Assembly (NCBI RefSeq): GCF_964213995.1
Contig: NW_027590274.1
Location: 1-64,000, forward strand
DNA: 64,000 bases
From: Mustelus asterias
Lineage: Eukaryota
Reading direction: 5' to 3'
Shown here: positions 12,031 to 23,648 of the stretch, piece by piece
How positions within the stretch are numbered: the first letter of the stretch is position 1
Layout: every line of letters begins with the position of its first letter
Notes under the pieces: generated by a model
What the model was told of the DNA's origin: nothing
The model's database searches: none
The model's input: the letters and a program-made list of their open reading frames with translations, nothing else
Made by a program: the position numbers and the translations under genes

Positions 12031-12627
12031 CGGTGTCCTTGTGTCTCTCCAGGTTGGATGATTAGTTGAAGGCTCGTCCACACACAGAACACGTGTATAG
12101 TTTCTCCTTGCTGTGAATGCTGCGAGTTTTATCAGGCTGTGGAAGTGGTTAAAGCTTTTTCCACAGTCAGTTCACTGGAACATTCTCACTCAGGTGTGCA
12201 TGTGTCTCTTGGTGCTTTTCCAGTAAGAGTGATGTTTAAAATATTTTCCCTCAGTAAGAACAAATGAACAATTCTCCTTTCAGCCTCAAAGATGATGATA
12301 TTCAGGTCATGATGAACCAACTGATTGTCAGATGAAGTTTGACATTAAGTTTGCTTTGAGTTTCCCATTTGTAATCATTCTTTCTAATATCCTGTAAAAG
12401 GAGTTTACAAAAGTCATCATCGTCAGTCCAGGATAGATATTCTGAACAGACAATTCTAGTTTCGCTGGAACATTTTTTCCTCTTTTGTTGCCCCAAATCA
12501 GTAAATCCCCATCCCACACACTCTCCCTCCTCCCTGGGCTGAAATCCAACCCCATCTCACCATCTCCACCATTTCTTTCCTCCACTCCCAGTTTTCTCCC
12601 TCCCTCTCCTCTGTCTCGGTTCAGTTC

Positions 12628-13129
12628 GAAGATTAACAACACCAGGTTAAAGTCCAACAGGTTTATTTGGTAGTAAAAGCCACAAGCTTTCGGAGCCTTA
12701 AGCTCCTTCTTCAGGTGAGTGGGAATTCTGTTCACAAACATGGCATATAAAGACACAAACTCAATTTACAGAATAATGGTTGGAATGTGAATACTTACAG
12801 CTAATCAAGTCTTAAAGGTACAAACTGTAATCCCCACAGCTTGCCTGGACTTGCAGAGTCTCACTGGCTGTCCTGTCTGGAGACAATGCACATCTCTTTA
12901 ACCTGTCTTAATGCTCTCTCCACTCACATTGTTTGTACCTTTAAGACTTGATTAGCTATAAGTATTGACATTCCAACCATTATTCTGTAAATTGAGTTTG
13001 TGTCTTTATATACCCTGTTTGTGAACAGAATTCCCACTCCCCTGAAGAAGGAGCTTAAGGCTCCGAAAGCTTGTGGCGTTTGCTACCAAATAAACCTGTT
13101 GGTCTTTAACCTGGTGTTGAGACTTCTTA
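12628..13129. mobile_element. Penelope-like fold-back insertion with about 190-bp inverted arms, each carrying a hammerhead-like motif
   Basis: 12637-12826 is the reverse complement of 12931-13119. The TSD is CT(C/G)GGTTCAGTTC at 12615-12627 and 13130-13142. The empty site is present in the paralogue at about 22171-22190. Confidence 0.85.
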
Positions 13130-13214
13130 CTGGGTTCAGTTCTCCAGCTCCTGTCTGCAGACTGACAATAAAACCAATGGGTCTTATTGGGGGTGTTGGG
13201 GCCTCCAGCAGGTG

Positions 13215-13795
13215 TTTGCGAATCCTCCCCGCCCACCTCACAATGCCCCGGGGTGATTGACAGCAGGTCCGGACCAATCGAAAGAGTTGGGGGCCTGGAG
13301 GACCGACCGGGAGCAGCTGGTCCTCCAACCAATCAGTGAACGAGGGGCGGGACCTCGCGCGAGGCTCTCTCTCAGTGCGCATGCGCCGATCCGCCCAGAC
13401 TATTGATAAAGATGGCGGCGGGGAATCTGGGCCTGTTCTGGGGAAAAGCCCGAGCTGATATCCCCGGTTCACAACCCGCTCCCGAACTTTTGTATTCGGA
13501 GCCAACACGGGATGTTTATGCAACCTCAAACCCACCCGCCGGCTCCGTCCCCGCCTCATTCCCCACCCGCCGGCTCCATCCCCCCCTCAGTCCCCACCCG
13601 GCGGCGTCGGATCCGCTGAAAATTCCCACCGCCGCAATCCTGAGCTCCCAGCGGCACTGCGCATGCTCCACATGACAATGTCCGGACAGTGATTGACGGC
13701 AGCACTGGACCAATAGGGAAAGGGGGCGGGACTGGAGGACCGAGCGGGAGCGGCTGGTCCTCCAAGCAATCAGAGTGAATGGGGGCGGGGCTGAT
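13215..13795 (-). promoter_or_regulatory. CpG-rich promoter/5' region of the minus-strand ZNF genes
   Basis: CCAAT boxes (about 13274, 13329, 13710), GGGGCGGG GC boxes, NRF1-type TGCGCATGCGC (13376) and YY1-type AAGATGGCGGC (13409). It is a reverse-complement homologue of 21390-21765. Confidence 0.7.
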
Positions 13796-14014
13796 TACGG
13801 ATCTCCCTCATTGTCTGAAACTGTGCATCAGGGGGCCCAAAGTTGCTCTGTGTCAAACTCCAGGAGAAAACTGGACCTTTCTGTTTGTGGCTTCAAACAG
13901 ATGGAGCCCTGTGGGTGCGGAGCAAACACATCAACATTTGTCACTGAGATAAAGAGAGTAAATGTTGGAAAATCTCAGCAGGACTGAGCATCTGTGGAGA
14001 GAGAAGAGAGTAAG

Positions 14015-14103
14015 AAATGTCACACCACCAGGTTAAAGTCCAACAGGTTTATTTGGTAGCAAAAGCCACTAGCTTTCGGAGCGCTGCTCCTTCATCAGGT
14101 GAC
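14015..14103 (-). mobile_element. Penelope-like terminal fragment with a canonical minimal hammerhead motif
   Basis: The minus strand reads TCAC-CTGATGA-A-GGAGC-AGC-GCTCC-GAAA-GCTA-GTGG. Confidence 0.75.
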
Positions 14104-14174
14104 TATAAAGGAATATCAGTTAAATATCAGTGACTACAAAGGAACAACTTGGTGGGAAGTTAAAAAGCAGGACC

Positions 14175-15110
14175 CCGGGGGTAGTAATCTCAGGATTGCT
14201 ACCTGTGCCCGTGCCAGTGAGGGTAAGAGTAGGATGCTCAGGCGGATGAACACGTGGCTGAGGAATTGGTGTAGGAGGCAGGGTTTCAGATTTCTAGATC
14301 ATTGGAACCTCTTCTGGGGCAGGTGGGACCTGTACAAGAGAGATGGGTTACACCTGAACTACAAGGGGACCAATATACTTGCAGGAAGGTTTGCTAGTGT
14401 TATTGGGAAGGGTTTAAACTAGATTTGCAGGGGTATGGGAACCAGAGTGCCAGAGCAGATAGTGGAGCGGGGGTGAAAATAAATGATGTTAATAGTTCAT
14501 GCAAAATCACAAATAGATTTGTGTGGAGTTGGAATATGGTGAGGTTATATAAGACATTGGTGAGGCCGAATTTAGAGTATTTTGTGCAGTTTTGGTCACC
14601 TAATTACAGGAGGGATATTAATAAGGTTGAAAGAGTGCAGAGAAGGTTTACAAGGATGTTGCCGGGACTTGAGAAACTGAGTTACAGAGAAAGGTTAGGA
14701 CTTTATTCCCTGGAGCGTAGAAGAATGAGGGGAGATTTGATAGAGGTGTATAAAATTATGATGGGTACAGATAGAATGAATGCAAGCAGGCTTTTTCCAC
14801 TGAGGCTAGGGGAGAAAATAACTAGAGGACATGGGTTAAGGGTGAGGGGGGAAAAGTTTAAAGGGAATATTAGCGGGGGGCTCCTTCACACAGAGAGTGA
14901 TGGGAGTTTGGAATGAGCTGCCAGATGAGGTGATGAATGCGGGCTCACTTTTAACATTTAAGAAAAACTTGGACAGGTACATGGATGAGAGGGGTGTGGA
15001 GGGATATGGTCCAGGTGCAGGTCAGTGGGACTAGACAGAAAAGTGGCTCAGCACAGCCAAGAAGGGCCAAATGGCCTGTTTCTGTGCTGTAATGTTCTGT
15101 CGTTCTAACT
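14175..15110 (+). mobile_element. Internally deleted CR1 LINE (ORF1 SGNH-esterase end fused to the ORF2 3' end)
   Basis: WLRNWCRRQGFRFLDHW...DGLHLN (ORF1 esterase) is followed within about 120 bp by LYKTLVRPNLEY...LERRRMRGDL. Confidence 0.85.
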
Positions 15111-16124
15111 GATCTTAAAACCAATCTTTTTCATTCTGTAGGGAGGGGGTGCGCTGAATCAGTTTTAATGGGGTTTTATATTTGTTTATACAATGTGGGC
15201 ATTGCTGGCTCGACCAGCATCAATTGCCCACCCCAAATTATTCTTGAGAAGGTGATTGGGGCTGCCTTCTTGAACTGCAGATTTGAAGTTACTGTCAGAT
15301 CAGCCGTGATCTAATTAAATGGGTCAAGGGGCTGAATGATCTTCTCTCCTATGTTTATAAGTTTGCCGCAGTCGAAGATGCCATTACGAAGGGATTTCCA
15401 GGATTTTTGATCAGCGACAGTGAAAGGACAGCAACATGATTCCAAGTCAGGATTGTTTATGTCTTGGGTGCCATTGTTTTTCGGTAAAGGGTCTGTTCCT
15501 CTGCTGTACTGTTCTTCGTTCTTTGATAATGTCAGTTGTCCATGTTGCCAATTATCTGTTGCCCTTGTCTCTCGGTGGTAGAGTTTGTAGGATTGGAAGG
15601 TAAAGGTCGCAGTGTTGGAAGGTACTGTTGAAAGTTAAATTATATTAATTTCTTCAGACTAAAAAGTGGAACTCAGGTGAAGATTTGGTGGGGAGATCTA
15701 GATCAGAGAGGCAGTATTTCAGAGTTTATCACTGTGATAGCAGCAATCCCATTGCTATCTGTTGGCAAGACTGATGGAAATATTTAAAATGGAGACCATT
15801 GGAGGATGAGGTACAATGGAATTTGTGAACTATCTGAGGATCATGGTGAGGGGAAAGGAAGGGATCAGGAAAGCAGCTGACACTTCATATTGTTCCAGGA
15901 GAAGTGGGGTCAGGTTGTGTAGATGTCAGGTTTTACGCAGCACTCAGTCAGTCTGGATGGAAAATCTCTGAATCACTCAAATCACTCAGTTGGAAACTCA
16001 GAGACCTATCATTGCTCAGAGGAAGGTTGTGTTGCAACTGATGAGAAGCAGCTTCACTCAGATACCCACATCCTCATGCACAAAAACTAACACACGCAGC
16101 CATCCTCCCACCCACCCACCCACG

Positions 16125-16370
16125 TGATGTACCAACTGACTCAAGAGCAGCTTCTTCCCTGCTATCCGACTTTTGAATGGACCAACGTATATTAAATTGA
16201 TCTTATTCTACACCCTCGCTATGACTGTAACACTATATTCTACACCCTCTTTTTTCCTTTCCCCCGATGTACTTTATGAATGTATGTTTTGTCTGTATAG
16301 TGCGCAAGAAACAATACCTTTCACTGTATCCCAATACATGTGATAATAGTAAATCAAATCAAATCAAAAA
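16125..16370 (+). mobile_element. LINE 3' end (Rex1/Babar-like) with (AAATC)n tail
   Basis: Same family as 44076-44390. Ends aataGTAAATCAAATCAAATC. Clade assignment is tentative. Confidence 0.5.
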
Positions 16371-16769
16371 CTCTCAAATGAAACAGAGCCTGTCCCATTG
16401 GGTGGACAACACCAGCTAACATGACTAAAACTGAGGATAAAGTATTGGTGTCTGTAAGGGCTAAAACAATACCATTGACTCTTGTTGATCTGTGGCACCA
16501 AGTTCAAGACTCCTTCATGAATCATCCTCTTGGCCTCTAGCCTGTCAACCCCCCATGAGAATCTTATATGTTTCAGAAAGTTTACTGCTCATTCTTCTAA
16601 ACCTAATGATTAGAGGTGCAACCTTTCCCCAAAAGACAATGAGTTGGATTGTCCGGCCGCGCTCACCCCAAAACTGGAGAATCCTGCCCGAGGTCAATGG
16701 GCCTTTGTGGTCCCGCCCCTCTGCCCGCGACGATACCTGTGGCGGGCGGGATGGGAGAATTCTCACCTA

Positions 16770-17290
16770 CACCTTACAACCTTTCCTCAAAAGACAACAT
16801 CTTCATCTTAGGAATGGGTCTCGTGAACTTTCTCTGAACTCATTCCAATGAAAGCATGTCATTCCATAAGTAGGGAGACCAAAACCGTACACAGTATTCC
16901 AGCTGCTATCTCAGCAATGTCCTGTGTAGGTGCAGCAAGTTCCCTTTTTCAAACTCCACCCCCTTGCAGTAAAGTCCAACACTCCATCTGCCTTCTTCTT
17001 TACTTGCTGTAGCTTCATCCTATTTTTTCACGATTCATATACAAGGACACCCAGATTCCTCTCTACGGCAGTATTCTTCAGTTTCTGTATATTTAAACAA
17101 TTTTCTGCTTCTCTATTCTTCCTGCCAAAGTGGAAAAGCTCCCACTTTCCTGCACTATACTCCATCTGCCATTTTTCTGTCAATTCAGGTAACTTATCTG
17201 TGTCCCTTACAGATTTTTTGTAACAACCTCACAACTTGCTTTTCTACCTATCTTTGTATCATCAATTCTGGCTTCATCCAAGTCATTGAT
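16770..17290 (-). mobile_element. Degenerate CR1 LINE fragment
   Basis: Similar to the 1600-2050 segment (LEYCVRFWSPY region). Confidence 0.65.
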
Positions 17291-17999
17291 CAAGGTGGCT
17301 GTTTTTCTCTCTCTCAGTTGTGGGTGATTTTTGTCTCTATTCTCCTGGAAACTGAATGAATCTTGTTCCAAACTGGGTTCAATATCAGATATTTCAGGGA
17401 GTCAGGAATCATTCGCCCCTGAACCTACACTGGTAAAACCCCAGACAGTTCCTCAGTAAGGGTTTTTCTGGTTCCTCACCGTATATTAGTCAGGATACTG
17501 AAACCCAGCTTTTTTACAGTCCACTCCTGGAGGTCCCACTCCCTGAGCCGACAACATTCAGCAGTGTCAGTGCTGAAGTTTCACAGTGGGAGTGATTCCC
17601 AGAGTAACTGTCAATCAGATCACCATTGATGTCCAGGTTTGTGTAGTTTTAGTTATCCTGATGTCTAACACACACACACATCAATAAAACAGGGAATTCC
17701 TGCAAACAAACTGCAGCTTCTTCTCTGTCTGGACAGACAATGTTTGTTGAATAATTGTCCCAGCGGTTAACAGGCTCCTGTGAACTCATCCAACTCGTAT
17801 TTTAATACTGACTTTAACAAATATATTTTAAATAGGTTTATTTTAAATAAGTTAAAACCAGCCTTAAAATGGTAGATATAGTATAATAACCATAGTACTT
17901 TTCAGACTGGAAACTTTAACCTGCTGTTTCACTTTGATTTAGGAGCAGATCCCAGTTTTACACCAATCTCTGATTCATGTATCCAGCATTCACCGTCAT

Positions 18000-18180
18000 T
18001 CTAAAAACAGAAGTTGCTGCAAAATCTCAGTAAGTCTGACAGTATCTGTAAAGACAGGAACAGTTAATGTTTCCAGTTGAATGTGACTCTTCTTCAGTGT
18101 CAAAACATTAGCTCTGTTTCTCTCTCCAGAGATGCTGTCAGACCTGCTGAGTTTTTACAGCACTTCTTGTTTTTATTTAC
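18000..18180. mobile_element. Penelope-like-derived fold-back element
   Basis: Inverted arms aaaatctcagtaagtctgacag and ctgtcagacctgctgagtttt. Confidence 0.6.
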
Positions 18181-18318
18181 GAGTTCAGGACTCAGACAAG
18201 ACAATCCACAATACAAATCTTACAACTGGGCTCGGGTTTATTAACATCAGCAGAAACAGACACCAATGAAAATGGTTGGGACCTCGATGTGATTAACAGC
18301 AAAATCCAGTCCTTGCAG

Positions 18319-18909
18319 TCACTCGTGAACCTGATGGTGTTTCAGCAGGTGAGGTGACTGAGTGAATCCCTTCCCACACACGGAGCAGGTGAATGGCCTG
18401 TCCCCAGTGTGAATTCGCTGGTGTGCCTGCAAGTTGGATGACTGAGCAAATCCCTTCCCACACTGAGAGCAGGTGAACGGCCTCTCCCCAGTGTGAACTC
18501 GTTGGTGTCTCAGCAGGCTGGATGGATCACAGAATCCCTTTCCACACTGAGAGCAGGTGAATGGCCTCTCCCCAGTGTGAATTGGCTGGTGTCTCAGCAG
18601 GCTGGATGAATCACCGAATCCCTTCCCACACTGAGAGCAGGTGAACGGTCTCTCCCCAGTATGAATGCGCTCGTGTGCCCGCAGGCTGGATGACCGAGTG
18701 AATCCCTTCCCACACTGAGAGCAGGTGAATGGCCTCTCCCCAGTGTGAACTCGCTGGTGTGTCTGCAGGCTGGATGACCGAGTGAATCCCTTCCCACACT
18801 GAGAGCAGGTGAATGGCCTCTCCCCAGTGTGGTTGCGCCGATGTGCTTCCAGCTGTGATGGGGCTCTGTATCTCGTCCCACAGTCCCCACATTTCCATGG
18901 TTTCTCCAT
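18319..18909 (-). CDS. C2H2 zinc-finger protein with 7 fingers, no KRAB recognisable
   Basis: Open frame [11 protein letters not shown]...HHQVHE with nearly identical [15 protein letters not shown] repeats, indicating recent finger duplication. Confidence 0.88.
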   Translation of the reverse strand: MEKPWKCGDCGTRYRAPSQLEAHRRNHTGERPFTCSQCGKGFTRSSSLQTHQRVHTGERPFTCSQCGKGFTRSSSLRAHERIHTGERPFTCSQCGKGFGDSSSLLRHQPIHTGERPFTCSQCGKGFCDPSSLLRHQRVHTGERPFTCSQCGKGFAQSSNLQAHQRIHTGDRPFTCSVCGKGFTQSPHLLKHHQVHE

Positions 18910-20659
18910 GGTGCAGGTGTCCTTGCCTCTCTCTTGGGTGGACAATCAGTTGAAGCCTCGTCCACACACAGAACACGGGTACCGTCTCTACCCGCTGTGA
19001 ATGGTGTGGTATTTATTCAGGCTGTGTAACTGGTTAAAGCTCTTTAGTCCGAGCACTAGAACACTCTCACTCGAGTGTGGCAGTGTGTTGGTGCTTTTCC
19101 AGTCACACTGATGTTTGAAATCTTTTCAAATCAACAGACTGGACAATCATTTCTCCTTCTAGATTCAAAGGCCGATGATATTCAGCTCCCAAGGAATATG
19201 ACTCTGTCAGATCGAGACGTGACGTTTGAGATTTCGGCCTGTGATTCCTCTTTCAATATCCTGTAAAACAAGTTTACAAAAGTCATCAGTGTCAGTACAG
19301 GATAGAAATTCAGAACAGACAATTCTAGTTTCTATGGAACATTCTTTCCTCTCCCATTCCTCAAAAGCTGTAAATCTCCATCCCACACACTCTCCCTCCA
19401 TTCTCACTCTGCTGTATCTAATATTCACCCTCCCAATTCTCCTGAAGGTGCTGATTGAGGCTGATTGACAGATCCATGCTCACTGCTTCCTGTCCTGGAC
19501 ACAGAGACCATAACAAATTGGAGCTGCAGTCGGCCATTTGGCTCATCGAGCCTTTTAAACTATTCAATGAGATAATTTGTTCATCTACCTCAGCATCATT
19601 CTCCCCACACTAAACCCATATCCCTTGATATCTTCAATATCGAGAAACCAATCAATCTCTCTCTTGAAAATAGTTGATGACTGAGGCTTCACTGTCCTCA
19701 GGGGTTGAGAATTCCAAATCTTTACCACATCCTTGAGTGAAGAAATCCCCCCACATCTTAGCTTTTGCTCCATCTTCTTGTCTGTTCCCCATAACCTTTG
19801 ACCCCTTGTCAGTCAAAAATATGTCTAACTGGAATATATTCAATGATCCTCAGCCTCCACTGGTCCCTGTGGAAGAGAAATCCAAAAGACTAACAATCCT
19901 CTGAGGGAAGAGATGTCTGGAAAGATATAACGTAGCTACAGTTCCATATTACAAAATATTCAGATCCCAAGGAATATGACTGTCTCGATGTGACAGTTGA
20001 GATTTTTGCCTGTGATTCCTCGTTCAAAATCTTGTGAAATGAGTTTGCAAAGGTCATCACAGTTAATATAGGATAGAAATTCAGAGCAGACAATTCTAGT
20101 TTCTATAGAACATTCTTTCCTATTTCATTCCCAAAAAGTTGTAAATCTCCATCCATATCAATGGATTCTCATCTGGTGTTATGAGACTTCTTACTGTGCT
20201 TACCCCAGTCCAACGCCGGCATCTCCACACTCTGAGTGGAAACAGAGAGAAGTAGGAGAGGCCGGAGGTGAAGAGAGAGATTTTATTCATCAACAACTCA
20301 ACAGGAACTTTGACAGAATTTCCAAACCCTGTGAACACCATCAGCTCCAAGTTCCTCTCCAACCCACACACCATCCTGACTTGTCTGACATCCAGTATTG
20401 AAAGAACAGAAATTTATTTCATTTAAATACTGGGAAGACTGAACCCATTGTGTTCAGTCCCCACTATGAACTCCACTCCCTCACCAACAACTTTATCTCT
20501 CCTCCTGGCAACTGTCTGAGGCTGAACCAGGCTGTTCACAACCAGGGTGAAATAGTTCATCTCAAGATGAGCTTCCAGCCACATGTCCACATCATCATCA
20601 AGACCACCTTCATTCATAGAAGCATTAATAGTAATTAATTAAAAGTAATGAATAATAAA

Positions 20660-20957
20660 ATACAGTGTAGAAGGAGGCCATTCAGCCCATCGAGCCTGCA
20701 CCGACAACAATCCCTATCCAGGCCCTATCCACATATTTACCTGTTAATCCCCCTGATACCAAGTGGCAATTTATCATGGCCAGTCCGTCTAACCAGCACA
20801 TCTTTGGACTGTGGGAGGAAACCGGAACACCCGGAGGAAACCCACACAGACACGGGGAGAATGTAGAAACTCTGCACAGACAGCGACCCGAGGCTGGAAT
20901 CGAACCCGGGTCCCTGGCGCTGTTAGGCAGCTGCACTAACCACTGTGCCACCGGGCC
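20660..20957 (-). mobile_element. HE1-like SINE
   Basis: Minus-strand head ggtggcacagtggttagtgcagctgcc, core GGTTTCCTCCGGGTG, and a LINE-like 3' end. Confidence 0.85.
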
Positions 20958-21009
20958 ACATGTCAGTGCCATCGCCCGACTCCAGCCCAGTCTCAGCTCA
21001 TCAGGAACC

Positions 21010-21118
21010 CTCACCCATTCCATTGTGACGTCACACCCTCACCCATTCCATTGTGATATCACACTCTCACCCATTCCATTGTGACGTCACACGCTCACCC
21101 ATTCCATTGTGACGTCAG
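21010..21118. repeat. 4 x 28-bp tandem repeat containing TGACGTCA (CRE) palindromes
   Basis: Unit CTCACCCATTCCATTGTGACGTCACACN starts at 21010, 21038, 21066 and 21094. Confidence 0.93.
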
Positions 21119-21159
21119 GGCTTCACTCTCCGATCACAATCCCTGCCAGCCTCCCACAT

Positions 21160-21900
21160 GCAGCCTCAATGGCGGCAGTCAGCCCGGGTCTAACACTACA
21201 AGCTGCCGCTCCATTGGGTACAAAGGGGGGGACCGGGAAGTTCATTTCCGGGGTCTGGGTTTGAACAACATGTTTACAAAGCCTCTCCACCCACCCGCCA
21301 CATTTATCATTCCCCGCGCGCCGCCCTCTACCTCGTATTGATCTCGCTTCCGAGTTAAAACCGCCTGTCCGTCGCCATTACCCGCACTTCCTGCCCCTCA
21401 TTCACTCCGAATGGTTGGAGGACCAGCCACTCCCGCTCGGTCCTCAAGCCCCGCCCCTCATTCACTTCGATTGGTTGGAGGACCAGCCGCTCCCGTTCGG
21501 TCCTCCAGCCCCGCCCCTCATTCACTCCGATTGGTTGGAGGACCAGCCACTCCCGCTGGTCCTCCAGTCCCGCCCCTCATTCACTCCGATTGGTTGGAGG
21601 ACCAGCCGCTCCCGTTCGGTCCTCCAGCCCCGCCCCTCATTCACTCCGATTGTTGGAGGACCAGCCGCTGCCACACGGTCCTCCAACCCCGCCCCCTCTT
21701 CTGATTGGTCCGGAGCTGCCGTCAATCAGTGCCCGGGCATTGTGATGTGGAGCATGCGCAGTGTCATTGCTGTCCTTGGCGCTTGTTTGTCCCGGAGAAG
21801 CGGAGTCAGCGTTAGGCGGTGGCTGGGAGGATTTGGAAACACTTTGTGGATCCGCAAACCCTTCAGAATCATTGTCAGCTCCCTGGTTTGCAGCTGCGGG
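21160..21900. promoter_or_regulatory. CpG-island, probably bidirectional, promoter between divergent ZNF genes
   Basis: CpG-rich, with YY1-like AATGGCGG/CGCCATT, ETS-like GGAAG/ACTTCC and NRF1-like GCATGCGCA (about 21752). ZNF genes diverge on both sides. Confidence 0.65.
21391..21710 (+). repeat. About 5.3 x 60-bp tandem promoter repeat (GC box + CCAAT + hairpin)
   Basis: Unit CCGCCCCTCATTCACTCCGATTGGTTGGAGGACCAGCCGCTCCCGTTCGGTCCTCCAGCC. Confidence 0.93.
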
Positions 21901-22724
21901 GCTTCTCCCTCCCTCCCTCCCGGGAACAGGCCCAGGTTAACGGCCCCATCCTGGCTCAGCCACTGGAGGATGGTTCACATCAGAGGATGGGGGAGGGGGA
22001 CAATAAATAAGAGGTTACTCTTTGGCCTCAAATCAATGAGGACTCTGATCTCTGGGAAGGAAGGAAACCCTGGGAGGTGGGCGGGGAGGATTCACAAACA
22101 CCCGCTGGAGGCCCCAACACCCCCAATAAGACCCATTGGTTTTATTGTCAGTCTGCAGACAGGAGCTGGAGAACTGAACCCAGACAGAGGAGAGGGAGGG
22201 AGAAAACTGGGAGTGGAGAAAAGAAATGGTGAGATGGGTTTGGATTTAAGCCAAGGGAGGAGGGAGAATTTGTGGGACAGGAATTTATTGATTTGGGGAA
22301 CAAGAGAGGAAGAAATGTTCCAGAGAATTAGAATTGTCTGTTCAAAATTTCTATCCTGGACTGACAGTGATTAATTTTGTAAACTCCTTTTACAGGTGAG
22401 GTGAAGAAACATCACATCAAAATCAGACAGAGTCTCGATTCACTTGGACTTAAATATCCTCAGACTTTGAATGTGGAAGGAGAAATGTTTGTCTTCTGTC
22501 TGGAGAAGATTTCAAACATCAGTGTGACTGAAAAAGCACCAAGTTACGTGCACACCCGAGTGAGAGTGTTTCAGTGAGTTGACTGTGGAAAGAGCTTTAT
22601 CCAGTTCCGCAGCCTTAAAAAACATCACACCATTCACAGCAAGGAGAAACTGTCCACATGTTCTGTGTGTGGATGAGGCTTCAACTGATCGTTTAACCTG
22701 GAGAAACATAAGGACACCAGCACC

Positions 22725-23648
22725 ATGGAGAAACCGTGGAAATGTGGGGACTGTGGGCAAGGATTCAGTTACCCTTCCCTGCTGGAAAACCATCGGCGCA
22801 GTCACACTGGGGAGAGACCATTCACCTGTTCTGTCTGTGGGGAGGGATTCATTCAGTCATCTGGCCTTTGGTCTCACCAGAGAATTCACACTGAGGAAAA
22901 GCCATTCACCTGCACCTCCTGTGGGAAGAGGTTCAGGCATTCTTCAGCACTCACTGTGCACCAACGCACTCACACCGGGGAGAGACCATTCATCTGCTCC
23001 GTGTGTGGGAAGGGATTCACTCAGTCATTCCACCTACTGTCACACCAGTGAGTTCATACTGGGGAGAGGCCGTTCACCTGCTCCGACTGTGGGAAGGGAT
23101 TCACTGTGTCATCCCACTTACTGTCACACCAGCGAGTTCACATTGAGGAGAAGCCATTCAGCTGCACTGACTGTGGACGGAGTTTCAGACAGGCATCCTC
23201 CCTCATTGCACACCAGCGAATTCACACTGGGGAGAGACCGTTTACTTGCTTTGTGTGTGGCAAGGGATTCACAGCTTTACCCACCCTGCTGAGACACCAG
23301 AAAATTCACACTGAAGAGAAGCCATTCAGCTGCACTGACTGTGGAAAGAATTTCAGGCAGTCATCCAACCTCACTGCTCACCGACGCACTCACACTGCAG
23401 AAAGACCATTCACATGCTCCGTGTGTGGGAAGGGATTCAATCGGTCATCCAACCTCTCTGCTCACCAGCGAGTTCACACAGAGGAGAGGCCATTCACCTG
23501 CTCTGTGTGTGGGAAAGGATTCGCAAAGTCTTTCAACCTGCTGGCTCACCAACGCACTCACACTGAGAGGCCATTCAACTGCTCTGTGTGTGGGAAGGGA
23601 TTCACTCAGTCACAATGGCTCCTGAGACATCAACAAGTTCACAAGTGA
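22725..23648 (+). pseudogene. 11-finger C2H2 ZNF with a single in-frame TGA at 23049-23051
   Basis: ORFs 22725..23051 and 23106..23648 are in the same frame. The stop replaces Arg in HQ*VHTG. Confidence 0.8.

Larger units (their letters stand above)
20250..21165 (+). mobile_element. Old L2-like LINE fragment interrupted by a SINE
   Basis: Translates to LNTGKTEPIVFSP (about 20423) and TLTHSIVTSGLH...ASLP (about 21005-21155), resembling the L2 RT C-terminal LNxxKTE and TLIHAFVTSRLDY...GLP motifs. Confidence 0.55.

Noticed and set aside
15700-15740. Isolated CACAGTG heptamer on the minus strand
   Set aside because: There is no nonamer at 12 or 22/23 spacing and no convincing coding segment.
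21391-21710. CRISPR-like appearance (palindromic repeats at regular spacing)
   Set aside because: The intervening sequences are near-identical rather than unique spacers, the context is eukaryotic and there are no cas genes.
21415-22374. 319-aa ORF and the related ORFs at 13083..13559
   Set aside because: They are read-throughs of the GC-rich promoter repeat and 5' leader with no domain signature. The paralogous copies do not keep the frame.
23049-23051. Selenocysteine or programmed read-through at the ZNF TGA codons
   Set aside because: The position corresponds to Arg (CGA), not Cys. CpG deamination explains it and no SECIS was identified.
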